Part shown: positions 45,891 to 58,269 of the stretch, in pieces
Position numbering within the stretch: position 1 is the first letter of the stretch
How the letters are laid out: the number at the start of each line of letters is the position of its first letter
Assembly (NCBI GenBank): GCA_950097015.1
Contig: CATNEN010000001.1
Location: forward strand, 14,260,001-14,324,000
Reading direction: 5' to 3'
DNA length: 64,000 bases
Source of the DNA: Macrostomum hystrix
Lineage: Eukaryota > Animalia > Platyhelminthes
The notes under the pieces: model-generated
The model's database searches: none
The model's input: only the letters and a program-made list of their open reading frames with translations
What the model was told of the DNA's origin: nothing
Made by a program: the position numbers and the translations under genes

Positions 45891-47405
45891 CTAATTGCAG
45901 TCAGCTGCCAGCTGATTCAACAGCCGCATAGTCACAAAGCCTTGATCGCGACCAGTGTTGCCTCCGGTGACTGCTGTGCAGCCGACTCGAGCGAAGCAGA
46001 CGGAGCCGCCGCCACCTCCGGCTTGACCGTAGGAGATGCCAGCGCCGCCACCGCTGAAGCCGCCGCCGGCTCCGGAAGCTCCCTCATCGTTTCCACCACC
46101 TCCGCCGCCGCCGAAGCCACCGTCCCCACCGGTTCTATCGTTGCCAGCGACACCGCCGAGCCAGTCATCAGCAAGGCTGCCACCGGGATCACCGTCGATA
46201 CTGAATCTTCTAGCGTTGGCCGCCTTGCCCAGCCAGCCAGCTCCACAGCCTCCGTGCGAGTTGGAAAAGTACGTTTTGGTCGGGTCGACGTATCCCGGAC
46301 GACCACTGGTCCCTCCGTAGCCTAAGTTGCCGGCCAACGTTCCCACCGACTGCGCCCCATTCACACTACCTTGTCCGTCGACTCCTTCAAAGAACAGATC
46401 CGTTAATGTTAAGTTATCGAAGGATTGCAAGCGAACGCACAATATACACATTTCAGAAGGTTTGATGCTGACCATTTTTCAAATTCGACGCACCACCGCC
46501 GCCGCCAGCCGCCAGAAGCAGGTGGCACGTGGCCGATTCGCTGCCGTCTCGCATGCAGTCGCTCACCTTCTGGGTCGTCAAAAAGCTGCTCCCGTAGAAG
46601 CTTCCATCGGAGTTCGTCCACACGAAGCTGCCACCGCCGCCGCCGGCTCCGGCAAGATTTGTCGACGCTCGACCTCCGGCCTGGCCCACAGCCACAGCCA
46701 ACTGAGTGCCGGCGGTCAGACTGAAGCTGCCAGCCGCGGTGGCGCCCCAGCCGCCGGGTCGCGACGTGCCGGGACCACCTCTGGCACCGCCGGCTTCGAT
46801 GCGGTAGCAGCCGGTGATGTTGATGAGCAGCTGCTGCACAATGCCCGTCCTGCCAGTGCTCGAATCTGCAGAAATGAGTAAAATGATTTTGCCTTTAAAT
46901 CAAGTGTTTCACATACATTCTGCGCGTATATTAAGTACACGGCCTACTTAGGAAGCTAAGATTTATTCTCGCTCTCATTCTAAGCAGATAGTCAAAGTTG
47001 ACGGCCTTCCAAACTTTTGTGGCACTCTCGAAACCGAGCAATCTAGTCACGTGACTGCCATTCGGGCCAGGAATTAGCGAAGCGTCGAAGATGATCAGCA
47101 GTTGACAGAGGCGTCGATGCCAGTAAAAAATCACAGCGACACATTTTCCGTATTGGCAAAGGGCGACGCAGTCAATAGCGGATTCAGAAGGGCTTGAGTT
47201 GATGACGTCACTGCTGATGCTGGAGTTCAAGGAGATTGGACCTGCCACTAGGAACTTCTGACTGTTAAACTCGCCTCGAACTGAAATTATGGCTGAAAAA
47301 ATAGCTCGTACTTCAATGTAAACTTAGTTTGAGTCGAATTGAGAGATTCGAGTTGCTAATGCATGCTCACATACCAATTATTATCAGAATGAAATTCACG
47401 GACAT
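45891..47405 (-). CDS. Secreted PAN/Apple-like + ALK/LTK-type glycine-rich domain protein, paralog A (420 aa)
   Basis: Exons 47405-47375, 47292-46948, 46865-46473 and 46384-45891; all introns are phase 1 and GT-AG, total 1263 nt. Signal peptide MSVNFILIIIAIISVRG and module CVALCQYGKC-x11-C. Gly-rich motifs GCYRIEAGGARGG, VAVGQAG, GGGGGSFV, LLLAAGGGG, GGFGGGGGG and QGFVTMRLL. Confidence 0.85.
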
Positions 47406-48057
47406 CTCCTATATCCTGAAGAAACAGTAGAAATGAAAACTCTATGATCAAAATTAAAACAAGTTTTACATAAAAGTTAGAGCTAAAGCAGTGCATTTAT
47501 AGCCGAATCGTCTGGTTTTTTAAGTCAAGAGCAACCATCAAATAACAAAAAATATAAAGATAGATTATTTCATAGCATCGAGCATCGTTGCATTGATTGG
47601 CATAAATATATCAACTAGAATTTTTTACATTCATGTTTAAATTGAAATTCTAGCATCGGCTGAATATTTTCCAGTCTATGACGGACACAGTCTGCAAAAA
47701 AAGTCTAGCGAAATGTCGCCTGACGTTGTCGCGTGGTTTCACTGTTATTTTCAGCCCCTCGCTGTATTGTGATTGACAGCGCATTATGATACACAGGGCA
47801 CCAGTTGCTTTGGAAAGCCATCTTATTCATAACTTCCAGAGCACCAAAGTCACTAGGATCTAGTCCACTATTATCGCCATATTTTAGTTTTACTTTAGCA
47901 GATTTTCTAAATCAAGTTATAGAATCATGGCTGGGTGATTTACAAATAATATAAAGATATTCGTGTCCACTTTTGGTCACTCCCTTGTCTAACCTTCATT
48001 TTTATAGGTTACTCTGCCCAGTTCTTAACGGCTTTCTCTCTACCTCTGCATCAGCCT

Positions 48058-48402
48058 CTCTGATTGGCTCACACATTATGCACTTATTCCCTTCCTGCCC
48101 TCTGATTGGCTCACACATTATGCACTCATTCCCTTCCTGCCCTCTGATTGGCTCACACATTATGCACTTATTCCCTTCGTGCCCTCTGATTGGCTCACAC
48201 ATTATGCACTTATTCCCTTCGTGCCCTCTGATTGGCTCACACATTATGCACTTATTCCCTTCCTGCCCTCTGATTGGCCCACATTTTACACTTATTCCCT
48301 TCCTGCCCTCTGATTGGCTCACACATTATGCACTTTTTCCCTTCCTGCCCTCTGATTAGCTTACACATTATGCACTTATTCCCTTCCTGCCCTCTGATTG
48401 GT
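48058..48402. repeat. Minisatellite, 42-bp unit containing CTGATTGGCT (CCAAT box)
   Basis: 9 units with TGATTGG recurring every ~42 bp (48061, 48103, ...). Confidence 0.95.
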
Positions 48403-49456
48403 CAGGCGCCCACTTACCGTCTCTCTCTCTCTGAGACTCACGTCTAGATCCTGTGTGCAACTACACCAAAGGTATAGCGCAAGTTTGTGCTATCAATTTG
48501 ATCACTGACTTTTTCAGTAGCACATACACAATCAGCAATGCCTCACCGCTGATATTCTGTCTCTAGTTACGAGCTATGTTTATCATTTATCAATTGCGAG
48601 AGGGTATAAAGATTTTGACCTTTCAGTGTTGTGGCATGGTGGGTCCTACCTATTGAAACAGGATTTAGAATGGCAGCCAGGAAACTTTTTTGCAAAAATG
48701 TTTGCGGCCGTGTTGTGTTGTCTAACCGTTAAAAAATTCTAAGGCTGGAACCGAATAAAAACTTCGGACAAGAGCTGCCCTGGTAACCCAATGAAGCATT
48801 TTTGTAACTGACAACGTCACTCACACTCGTCGCCTTCTCGAGTCGCCCAGCTCAATTGCTGTTATGACTACATGATCAAGTGGGATGCAAAGGAAGGTGA
48901 GAATAGGTTGCTTGTTGAATTTTGTAAACGGATACTTTTTTAAATTCACAATTATACTGCAACTAGTGGCTGTTGCAAAGATAAATGTGGAAAAAGTTTT
49001 TATGTTGATTTTTTACATTTTACATTATATTGGTACACAGTACATTGGTACGAGTAATTTAATACGAGATTACTGCTTGACGGCGTTTTGAATAAATTCG
49101 ATGCTTTAAGAACCTTAGCGAAAAAGTTTTTCGTTTAAGTCGTTCAAGAAATTATTGCATATGAAATTTAGGCTTTCATAGGAGACTGTAGACCGTGCAG
49201 CCACTGACGCACAGAATTTGTGATTTCGAGCTGGAAGATTGCCAATGCTTTTCGGAAATCGAGGTCTGTGCTTTTCATAAGGTACCTTTCTCGCGCGTAA
49301 AATATTTTAAAACAACGAGATGAATGGACTCAATTTCCGTCCGTAGTGTTTGCGCTATGTCTCTCAATTGCCTTTGAAATGCTTCTTCATCATCTTTTAC
49401 GACTTCACCTTTCTTTTTTGCCAATACGCCCAATCACTTGTAAGTGGGGGTCCATT

Positions 49457-49899
49457 GAGGGGTCCTCAACCGCAGGGACATCAGGGCAGTCACCGTGGCC
49501 CTTTCTGGCGACGGCTGTTTCTCTAGACATCGATGCCTACAAGGCGAAATCCGCAGTGAGGAGTGCCCCCTCTCCCTCCCCCACGGAGAGATAGCGGAGC
49601 ATTTCATTTGCGACTGCCCCGCCTTTACTCAGGACAGACCCACCTACCTCGGCCCAAACCCGGACCTGTCCGACGTTTTCAGGCCTGAGAACATCTGCCA
49701 GACTTTTCAATACCTAAGGACCACCGGGCGAGCGACCCACCACCATCTGTATTCTCCGGAAGAGGACCGGTGGGAACCCCGGCATCAACCCCCTGGGCGA
49801 CACCACAGCTTTAGTAGTCCGTGGTCGCCAGGGGCTAGCGGAATTGGCGGCGACGCCTCCCCGCTGCATCTGGAAGATGCCCCTGCAGCTAAGTCATGT
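49457..49899 (+). mobile_element. 5'-truncated non-LTR retrotransposon (3' end of ORF2, I/R1/LOA-like Cys-His knuckle region, plus 3'UTR)
   Basis: The translation ALSGDGCFSRHRCLQGEIRSEECPLS...EIAEHFICDCPAFTQDR.TYLG resembles the LTGHG...CxxC...ExxxHxxxxC C-terminus. A 9-bp TSD GGGTCCATT lies at 49448-49456 and 49900-49908. Confidence 0.8.
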
Positions 49900-50087
49900 G
49901 GGTCCATTACCAATTTGGAGATTTGCTAGGAAAGTCCAGTGGGGAGGCTCAGAACTTAATGCTTCTCGTTTTAGTTTTATAAAGACTGATTGAAGAATCA
50001 CACGGGAAACACGAAAATATATTGATTGAAATCTCAATCTAAAGGTAATTACGATAAAACTTGTCCAGACACGTCAGCTTCGGATGC

Positions 50088-52798
50088 TCAGCTACAGTCA
50101 GCAGCCAGTTGGTTCAACAGGCGCACAGTCACAAAGCCCTGATCGCGACCAGCATTGCCTGCCGCAATAGCCGTACAGGCTACTCGAGCGAAGCACGCGG
50201 ATCCGCCTCCGCCTCCGGCCTGAGCATAGCCGACACCGGCGCCGCCGCCGCTGAAGCCGCCGCCAGCCCCGGCAGCTCCCGCCTCGTTTCCACCGCCGCC
50301 TCCGCCTCCGAAGCCGCCGTTGCCGCCAGTGCCATCGCTGCCGGTGATTCCTCCGAACCAGTCGTCCGCAAGGCTGCCACCATGGTCGCCGTCGATGCCG
50401 GAGCTCTTGGCGATGGTGTTTCGGCCCAACCAGCCAGCGCCACAGCCGCCCTGGGCATTGGTGGAGAATCGCTTGTCGGGATCGAGTTGTCCAGCTTTTC
50501 CATCTACGCCGCCGAAGCCTTCGCTGTTGGTCAGGATCCCTTTGGAGTTTGAACCAGACGCTGAGCTTTGACCGGGTACTCCTGAAATAGTAGAGTATCA
50601 AATATTTTTAACATATGGGTACTAAATAAAGAAGTCGGGAGAATGTTCAATTAAGAATGATTAGATGTTTTGTGTAGAATAAAACGAACTGCAGTGTTGT
50701 GTCTCGAGACAGACCAGCTGGCATTGCCTCGCAACCTGAGCGAGCAGTGGGGGAAAACCGGGGTCGCACGGTTGTCGGCCTTATACTGAATGCACCAGTA
50801 TAGAGTATAGAATGGAATGTTCAAAAAGACCGAGTCAAAGACTTAATTTAAAACAATACAAAAACCAAAACGCTTACCATTCACAGCTGTGGAAGCTCCG
50901 CCACCGCCGCCAGCCACCAGCAGCAGGTGGCACTTTAGTGATTCGCTGCCATCTCGCATGCAATCGCTGACATTCTGGCTGATCAAGGAGCTGTTTCCAA
51001 TCAAGCCGCTGTCGGAGTTCGTCCACACGAAGCTGCCACCGCCGCCGCCGGCTCCAGCGAGGTTTCTCATAGCCGGACCTCCGGCCTGGCCCACAGCCAC
51101 AGCCAACTGAGTGCCGGCCATCAGACTGAAGCTGCCAGCCGCGGTGGCGCCCCAGCCGCCGGGTCGCAACGTGCCGGGACCACCTCTGGCACCGCCGGCT
51201 TCGATGCGGTAGCAGCCGGTGATGTTGATGAGCAGCTGTTGCACAATGCCCGTCCTGCCGGTGCTTGAATCTGAGCCAGGCGAGGCGAATATTTCACGAC
51301 AATAAAACGAACTGTAACTACTTTTTTGGTTTTCTAGAAAATATTTCTTACTAAAGCACAGCTTCGAATATTAATTATTTTTGGCTTTTGCAACATAATT
51401 GTGGTGTTTTTGGCTTCCCACATTGGGAGCACTCATATGTAGAATTTTGGTTTTGTTTTTTAGAGAGTTTGATTAGTCTTTTATAAGGAGATGGCTTCCA
51501 TCTGGTGGATCATCTGAAATAGCCCAGCAGCTCCGTTTAGATAAAGGCCGGTGACCACCGAAGTTGGAGATTGTGCAGGCATATTCGGGTGACGTGCTGA
51601 TAAAGTTTGAAGGCCTGGCAAGGCCACACTGAGGCGCAGTGCAGGGGTGCAGAGTTATGAAATAGACAAGCTCTTATGGGAAAAATCTGACCTTCGAACC
51701 GTGGAATATCTCAACGGTCTGAAGGCCTTGATTCTTGTTTCAGAAGATGCGCAACAAAAAGTTGGCCCGTGTTCTTGAGTTTCGTGCGCTTACGTTGCTC
51801 CGTTCGGGTGCAGCAATAAAATAAATTCTCGAGGGGAAAAGACGCAAACCAAATTGTTGCTGAGTCAGACTTCGGTATTGCTGCTTGCTGATTACGTCAT
51901 TTTGGACTTTTCCCTAGCTAGCCGTAGTTTAACTTTAGCTTTGGACATTGATAAGGGACTTTAATAAAAAAACTCACTCGGAAATGTCAAATTTACTCTT
52001 GTCCTCGTCCTCAGCTGATCATCAAAGTCAACCGCCTTCCACAGAATGGCTCCGTCCTCTGTGCTGTTTAAAAATCTAGTCACGTGACTTTCAGGTGGTC
52101 CGCTAACCTTGGATTCGTCGTTGATAAGCATTAGCAGACACGTGCCGTTGCTAGAGTAGTACTTTGCAGCGGCGCAATGTTTAAAATGGCACGAAGTCAA
52201 ACACTCGAATCGCGACGCTGACTTTATGATAGTGGCTAGGTCAGTGCTGACTGCTGAGTCAATCAGAATCGGACCAGACTGGTGGTACCAGTTGGTTATG
52301 TCAGCTTTTATGTGTGCCACAAATACAGCTGAAATATAATTTAACGGAATGGGTTTGTGAGAAAGAAATGTAATTATTTATTCTGTCAATAATAATGCGT
52401 CCGGGTAATAATAATAATAATGAGTGCGGGTGACACAAGACCCGCAGCCAGCCAGGAGGCAATTCTGCCTATTTCGCTGACTCCTGAGCTCACACAGATA
52501 CCGTACGCAGGCACACGCTCAGACAGGTGTGTACATCTGGCCTGTCTTTCTCATCGCCAGGCAGTGTACACTCTCACTGTGCCTTGGACGTTGGCCATCA
52601 ATGGCAAAATTTGCATGACAATCCCCCAAGCCTTCTCTCCGCGGCTGCGCCCAAATGAATGTGGCCTCGCGGCGGAATAGAGCTGTAGGGACCTTGGTGC
52701 GATAGGCAAACGCGTTAACCGCTCTGCCATTCACCCTCATTTATTTATTCTGTCAACTTACCAACGAGAAATGTTGTAGAAAAACAGCTTGATAACAT
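50088..52798 (-). CDS. Secreted PAN/Apple-like + ALK/LTK-type glycine-rich domain protein, paralog B (424 aa)
   Basis: Exons 52798-52762, 52328-51978, 51270-50878 and 50581-50088, phase-1 GT-AG, total 1275 nt. Signal MLSSCFSTTFLVAVFVAHIKA and module CLTSCHFKHC-x11-C, with the same Gly-rich motifs as paralog A. Confidence 0.85.
52390..52740 (-). mobile_element. SINE family 1, full-length copy with a 16-bp TSD in paralog B intron 1
   Basis: TSD TTATTTATTCTGTCAA at 52374-52389 and 52741-52756. Head has the A-box-like TGGCAGAGCGG and the tail is (ATT)n. This copy defines the element as ~350 bp and retrotransposed. Confidence 0.93.
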
Positions 52799-53210
52799 TA
52801 TCTGAGTATTTAAGATTAGGGACTTCTAGACACTTAACTGCTGCTGCAGGAAATTACGGACAAAGTAGTTATGTATCTTCGTTTTTGTCTTTTATTAAAA
52901 ATATGAGACTGGCTCACAGATCTCTTCTGATTGGCTGAGCCACAAGGCATTTCGATCGGTTTGATGATATTTTATTCGACTCATGTTGACTTCAGGGGTG
53001 CTAAAACCTGAGCCAGTCGCACTGAAAAATATGCTCATTGATATTCAGGATGGTTAGGAAATAACAAACGGTTAATGAACTTTGTTATGAACTATGAACT
53101 AATGAACTAATGAACTTCCTAACAAGCGTTAAAAACCAACGGTTGGTAGGAGATGAGCTACATTTACAATGATGTAGAAGAGAATGACTATGATGCGCCA
53201 ATGATATAGT

Positions 53211-53292
53211 AATAAACGGCTATGAGTGCTGCAATGTTTTTAACCGAGGGCGCGTAGCGTAGCAAAAACATTGCAGCACTCATAGCCGTTTA
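53211..53292. repeat. Perfect ~30-bp inverted repeat (hairpin/cruciform)
   Basis: ATAAACGGCTATGAGTGCTGCAATGTTTTT, a ~22-nt spacer, then AAAAACATTGCAGCACTCATAGCCGTTTAT. Confidence 0.92.
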
Positions 53293-54174
53293 TCACTGGC
53301 ATTGTATACTTTTGGACCACAGACAGTTGGGGCGTGCAACAATCAGTCTCACGGAGCGGATATAGCCAGCGGTCTCGCGGGGCGTGCAGCAATCGATTAT
53401 TTTGTCGATTGGTGCACGCCCGAAATGTCTATGGTCCAAAAGTAGACCGCCTGACTTAGGGCAGCAAGAGAACTCAGTTTGGGGAAGGCTGTAAGACAGC
53501 GAGACGAGCCGTGGCATTACCGGGCTGCCTAGAACCATGTTTCCAAGGATGACTGGAGATCCGATTTACGAAGCAAGTACCGGCGTTCCATTAGGACTGG
53601 TGCACATGTCTCAAGGTGACGTCGTGGGTGCGTCTAACTCCGAGGTTGGCGAGCGAGTCCAACGGGAGACCGCTATGCAAGTTATGCTTGACGACCTGGC
53701 GCAGCTGGACGCGACGGAGTTCGAGTATCTGTCGAGGATCCGAGGATACGGCCGAGTTCGTGTTACAATTGCTGGTGAAATATAACTGTGGCTTCAGACC
53801 CCGCATAGTGTGGGCGAAATAATCCGAGCTGGCGGGGTTCGGGACATAGACAGTAAAGGCGTGCAACAATCAGGCTTCATTGGTGGCTGGGAAAAAACCC
53901 CTCCAAAAGTGTACAATGTTTTTGGTGCTCTTATCAGCAGTTGGTGCACTCACAGCCATTCTCTACTAGCATGGCATGCACCAACAATACATGATTGGTG
54001 CACGCTCCAAATGTCTATGGCCCAAAGCTATCGGCAGTTTAGCAAGACAGATATAGCAAGTCATGGCCACAGACATTCAAGGCGTTCTGAGCAGCCTTTG
54101 AGGTGGAGCATTGCAGGTTGCTTTTCAGGAGGGCTTTTGGGGGTTGGCCATCATGGGTGTAAAAGCATGACAAG

Positions 54175-54295
54175 TCCCTAAGCCTTCCTACAGCGGCTGC
54201 GCCCCCCCCAAAAAAAGTATGGCCTCGCCCACGATTCGAACTCAGAGACCTTTGTGCGAGAGGCAAACTTGGCAACTGCGCTGCCACTCAGCCCA
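54175..54295 (-). mobile_element. SINE family 1, degenerate head fragment
   Basis: AAGCCTT...GCGGCTGCGCCCC...GGCCTCGCC...GACCTTTGTGCGAGAGGCAAAC matches the antisense head. Confidence 0.7.
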
Positions 54296-55704
54296 CTTCA
54301 TTACACTGATAAAGGTTTTATTGAACAAAATATTACAAAATAGCATAGATATTACATAAGTGAATTTACTTAAAATATAATTAGACGGTAATGACTTTTC
54401 AGCTTCAAACGACACAAATTTAGTTTTTTTCTTTGCCTTAAGGTTTGGGGGCGAAGTTTTATCAATTTTGTCTAATCTACTCAAGAATTTAATCTGAAAT
54501 GCCAAGCTAATTAGTTGCTGATGAGAATGTCAATCAAAAAAGGAAAAACATTAGTGCCTGAAGAAGCTAGTCGATGAAACTTGTGACTGGATAAATATTG
54601 TTAGTAGCTTTAATTCATCCCACAGAAAATAGACCAACAAGAAAAAAGCATGAACCAGCCTTACCAATTAAAAAAGCTTTTCTATCGATCTCGCACTTCA
54701 GAATTATTCTCGCCATATCTGAAAAAATCCGCCATGGCGATATTAAGGGATTTCCTACATCCAATGTAATTCAATCTACCTGTTGATGACACCATCCATA
54801 TCGGAATCATTGCCGGTGTTAAAATTCAACGTATATTTGTTTCTACTTTTTCTGTCTCATCGAGATGCCTGGAAGCTTCTATTAAGACCTAGGGTTCGCC
54901 TAACGTATTTTCTACGCCCAAACATGTTTACGAAAACGAGTCTAAATCACATGATTTTACATTGCTTTCAATGTGCACTCATGTCAACATCAAATTAGCA
55001 GGCAGCTAGTTCTAGCTAGTTCTACAGCTGGACAGCTGCTCGAGTCGGAACCTGATAAATTACAAATTAGTGAGGAGCTCAATGTACATGGCAAGAATCT
55101 TTACTTTTTCCGACCTGGAACAAAACTTGCGTATTCTAAAGAAATGAATACTCCTTCCTTTTGACCTAAGTGCGGTCAAGAGAATGTGCATTTCAATCTG
55201 CCGCATCTGCGACTGCTACGAATCAACCTGCGAGAACCTCGATTCACCCAGCATTACTGCTTGATTAAGTACTCACTCTTGGCTTCTCAACCTAAAAAGG
55301 CCTGGTGTCCTGGCCTTTCCTGGTTCCTGGTTGATTTCCTGGTTACATAGCCGGATGACTGTCGTCCTACTTCGTAACACCGACAACCGCGCCCTGCCTT
55401 TATCATTAAGGCGTATAGTCTTTTACAGGCTGATCGAGGTGGTGTCTAGTGGCTTCAATCGTTAACACACTCGAGTCGCTTACAGCAGTGCACTTTCCTC
55501 GACCGTCTTGTGCTCAACATGGAAGATGGCATCAAAAGTCCCGTTGTAAAACGTTGAGAATTAGACACTAAAAACTAAGCTGGATCAGTAGTAGCAGAAG
55601 TCAGGACACTCGGGGCTGATCCGCCTTCGAAGCTGCAAGCTGACGAGGTCGTGATGCTCACATTGTTGCATCCTCTCAGATGGGGGACAGGGACAGGCTC
55701 GCAC

Positions 55705-55905
55705 GGAGGTGAGTGGCAGAGCGATCCAATGAGTTTGCCCCTCGTGCCAAGGTCCCTGAGCTCGATTCCGGAGAGAAGGCTTGGGGCCATGTCGTGCAAC
55801 TAACGCCATTGAGGGCCAACCTCCAAGGCACAGTGAGAGTGTACACTGCCTGACAATGAGAAAGTCAGGCCAGATGTACACACCTGTGTGAGCGTATGCC
55901 TGCGT
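55705..55905 (+). mobile_element. SINE family 1 copy with an internal deletion
   Basis: GTGGCAGAGCG...CCAAGGTCCCTGAGCTCGATTCC joined to GGAGAGAAGGCTTGGGG...CCTGACAATGAGAAAGTCAGG. Confidence 0.85.
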
Positions 55906-56661
55906 ATTTGGGGTTTTTCGCTCGCTACATGCCATCTGAAGCTGAAATTCTTTTAAGGGTTTGCATACCGATCTGTTGTTGGCAGTATTTGTAAAGCACT
56001 TAGTTAGCTTAAATTAGGTACACCCGTTGCAAAGGCTTTGATTGTGTTTGAAGATTGTATAACTTTGTATAAGCGAGTGTATAACTTTACCTCGTCATTA
56101 CACACACCATAAGTATTTGTAGCTTTGGAGTATAGGTCTGAGGATTCGATTGATATGTAAGTAAAGAGGCCTTCAAACAGATCCTCAATAATTTTTAAAA
56201 GATTTGCTCTGTTATTATTTGTCTATTTTAAGTTGGGCTCAGCAATCTTTTCGTATTCGCGCGGTAATTTTAGAGCGAAGCCTAAATGAAAATTAACAGT
56301 CATTCTAAGAACAATACTGGAAATGATTCTCAACCTCTCAACGAGATGACACGGCGACTTTATATTGATGAATATATACTTATGTTGATTTATACTGATG
56401 AATACAGTCACCACAGGAAATTACCAGCATAGAATTCAGGATTCCAGTGCTCGGTGTCTGGACATCTGATGACTTAAACAGATGACAAACAGACACAGAA
56501 CGTTTTTCGCAACGCTCACAATCTAACCACATCGTCCGGGTGCAATGAATCGTGATCCTCACCGTAAAATATTTATGCAAAGCTGCTAAAAAACTATAGA
56601 CGGCAAAGAACTTCTTTCAGAAAGTCTTCAGGAAAAAAACGACGGTTAAAAAACTGTCGTG

Positions 56662-58269
56662 TCAGCCGCACGGTGCGTCAGCCTTGATCAGTCGCAGGCT
56701 GACAAAGCCCTGCTCGCCTACACCACTGACGGCAGCACTTGCGTCACCAGAGCAGAACGAACCTCCGCCACCTCCGCCATGGCTGCTAGACGTGCCGGCG
56801 CCGCCGCCGCTGAAGCCGCCTCCTGCCCCGCCGGCGCCAATGCAGGTAATTCCTGTGAAAACCGAGCTGTAGCCGCCACCGCCGCCGCCGCCGCCGCCGA
56901 AGCCACCATCGCCACCTCCGCCGCTACCACCGCTGCCACCAAGCCAGCCGTCTGATTGGCTGCCGCCTCGCTCGCCGTCGCTTGAGCTGCGCCTCGGATT
57001 CAATGCCCTGCCCTGCCAGCCGGCGCCGCAACCACCGTGGTTGGCGCCACTTTGAGTTCCAGTCGGATTGTTCAGCCCAGGCTGGCCGTTGCTGCCACCG
57101 AAACCGTAGTACGCCGGCGTGGAGTCTCTGCTGACAGAATTCGTGCCACCAGATCCAGCAGACCCAGAAGCGCCTAGGAATGCAGTATTGCATTGTAGTT
57201 TAAGTTAGGTTTTTCGTATCAGCGTATGTTAAAAACTGTTAAATCTAACATGGCAAACATTGTTCTAAAAAATCCTTGGATGAGAAAGCTTCCTCAACGC
57301 ACATTAGTGAAATCAAATAATAAAATTGACATACGTGGAAACCTACCTGGTGAGTTGAGCTGACCGCCGCCTCCGCCGCCAGCTGCCAGGAGCAGATGAG
57401 ACAAGCTGCCAGTCGTTATATATACGAAGCTGCCGCCACCACCGCCAGCGCCGCATTGACTGCACGAGCTGCCTGCCATCTGGCCCACCACAATCAGCAG
57501 TCTGGTGCCGGCAGTCAGCTTGAAGTTGCCCGCGATGAGAGCACCGCGACCGCTGGGCTCGACTGAGTCGGGGCCTCCGCTGGCTCCGGCAGCTTCGATG
57601 CGGTAGCAGCCAGCGATGGTGATTTGGAGCTGCTGAACTGTACCAATCCGACCCGTGCTGACGTCTGCCAAGCCAAAAAAATAATGTATGATGTTATGCT
57701 ATGCTAAATATGTGATGTGAGACAAATACGGTGAGGCCAATTGTAATAAAGGTCTATTGCGAAGTAATGATGATAAGTGTTCATAATTTTTGCTCACTTT
57801 GAAACAACCGGTTGAAGTTCGTGTCGATGGTCGCTGGTACCAGTGGAGTTTCCGATCGCCACACTCTCGAGCCGATCGCTGAGCCCAGCACTTGTTGAGA
57901 AGCTCCAGCAACAGATGCTGCGGAGACATTTGCGTAGCTAATAATCAAAATCTGGCAAAGACTGGTGCTCTCATAAGTAATCGCCACTGAGCAGCTCCTG
58001 GCCTGACACTTCAGTATGCAGTCGGTTTCGATTGGGACGTTGGTGAAATTCGTCACTATATATGAGACGTTTCCATCGACAAAAACCGGTCCGTTGATGG
58101 CGAACATTGTCCGGCAGGTTTTAGCCAGTATATACCTGCCCGCGTGGTCTGCAATGTACGAGCTATTTTATGACTTTTTCATTCACTGGTCACACTAATT
58201 TGATCAATTGATTGACTTACCAATCGATAAAATCCAGAATGTAAAAATATTTAGGCTGAAAAAATTCAT
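56662..58269 (-). CDS. Secreted PAN/Apple-like + ALK/LTK-type glycine-rich domain protein, paralog C (409 aa)
   Basis: Exons 58269-58221, 58148-57798, 57664-57347 and 57173-56662, phase-1 GT-AG, total 1230 nt. Hydrophobic N-terminus MNFFSLNIFTFWILSI, module CILKCQARSC-x11-C and motifs GCYRIEAAGASGG...QGFVSLRLI. Confidence 0.85.

Noticed and set aside
54555-54590. CTGAAGA...GAAAC resembling a Penelope-type minimal hammerhead; a similar relic occurs at 55518-55558
   Set aside because: Stem II does not pair and the NUH triplet is absent. At most these are decayed remnants.
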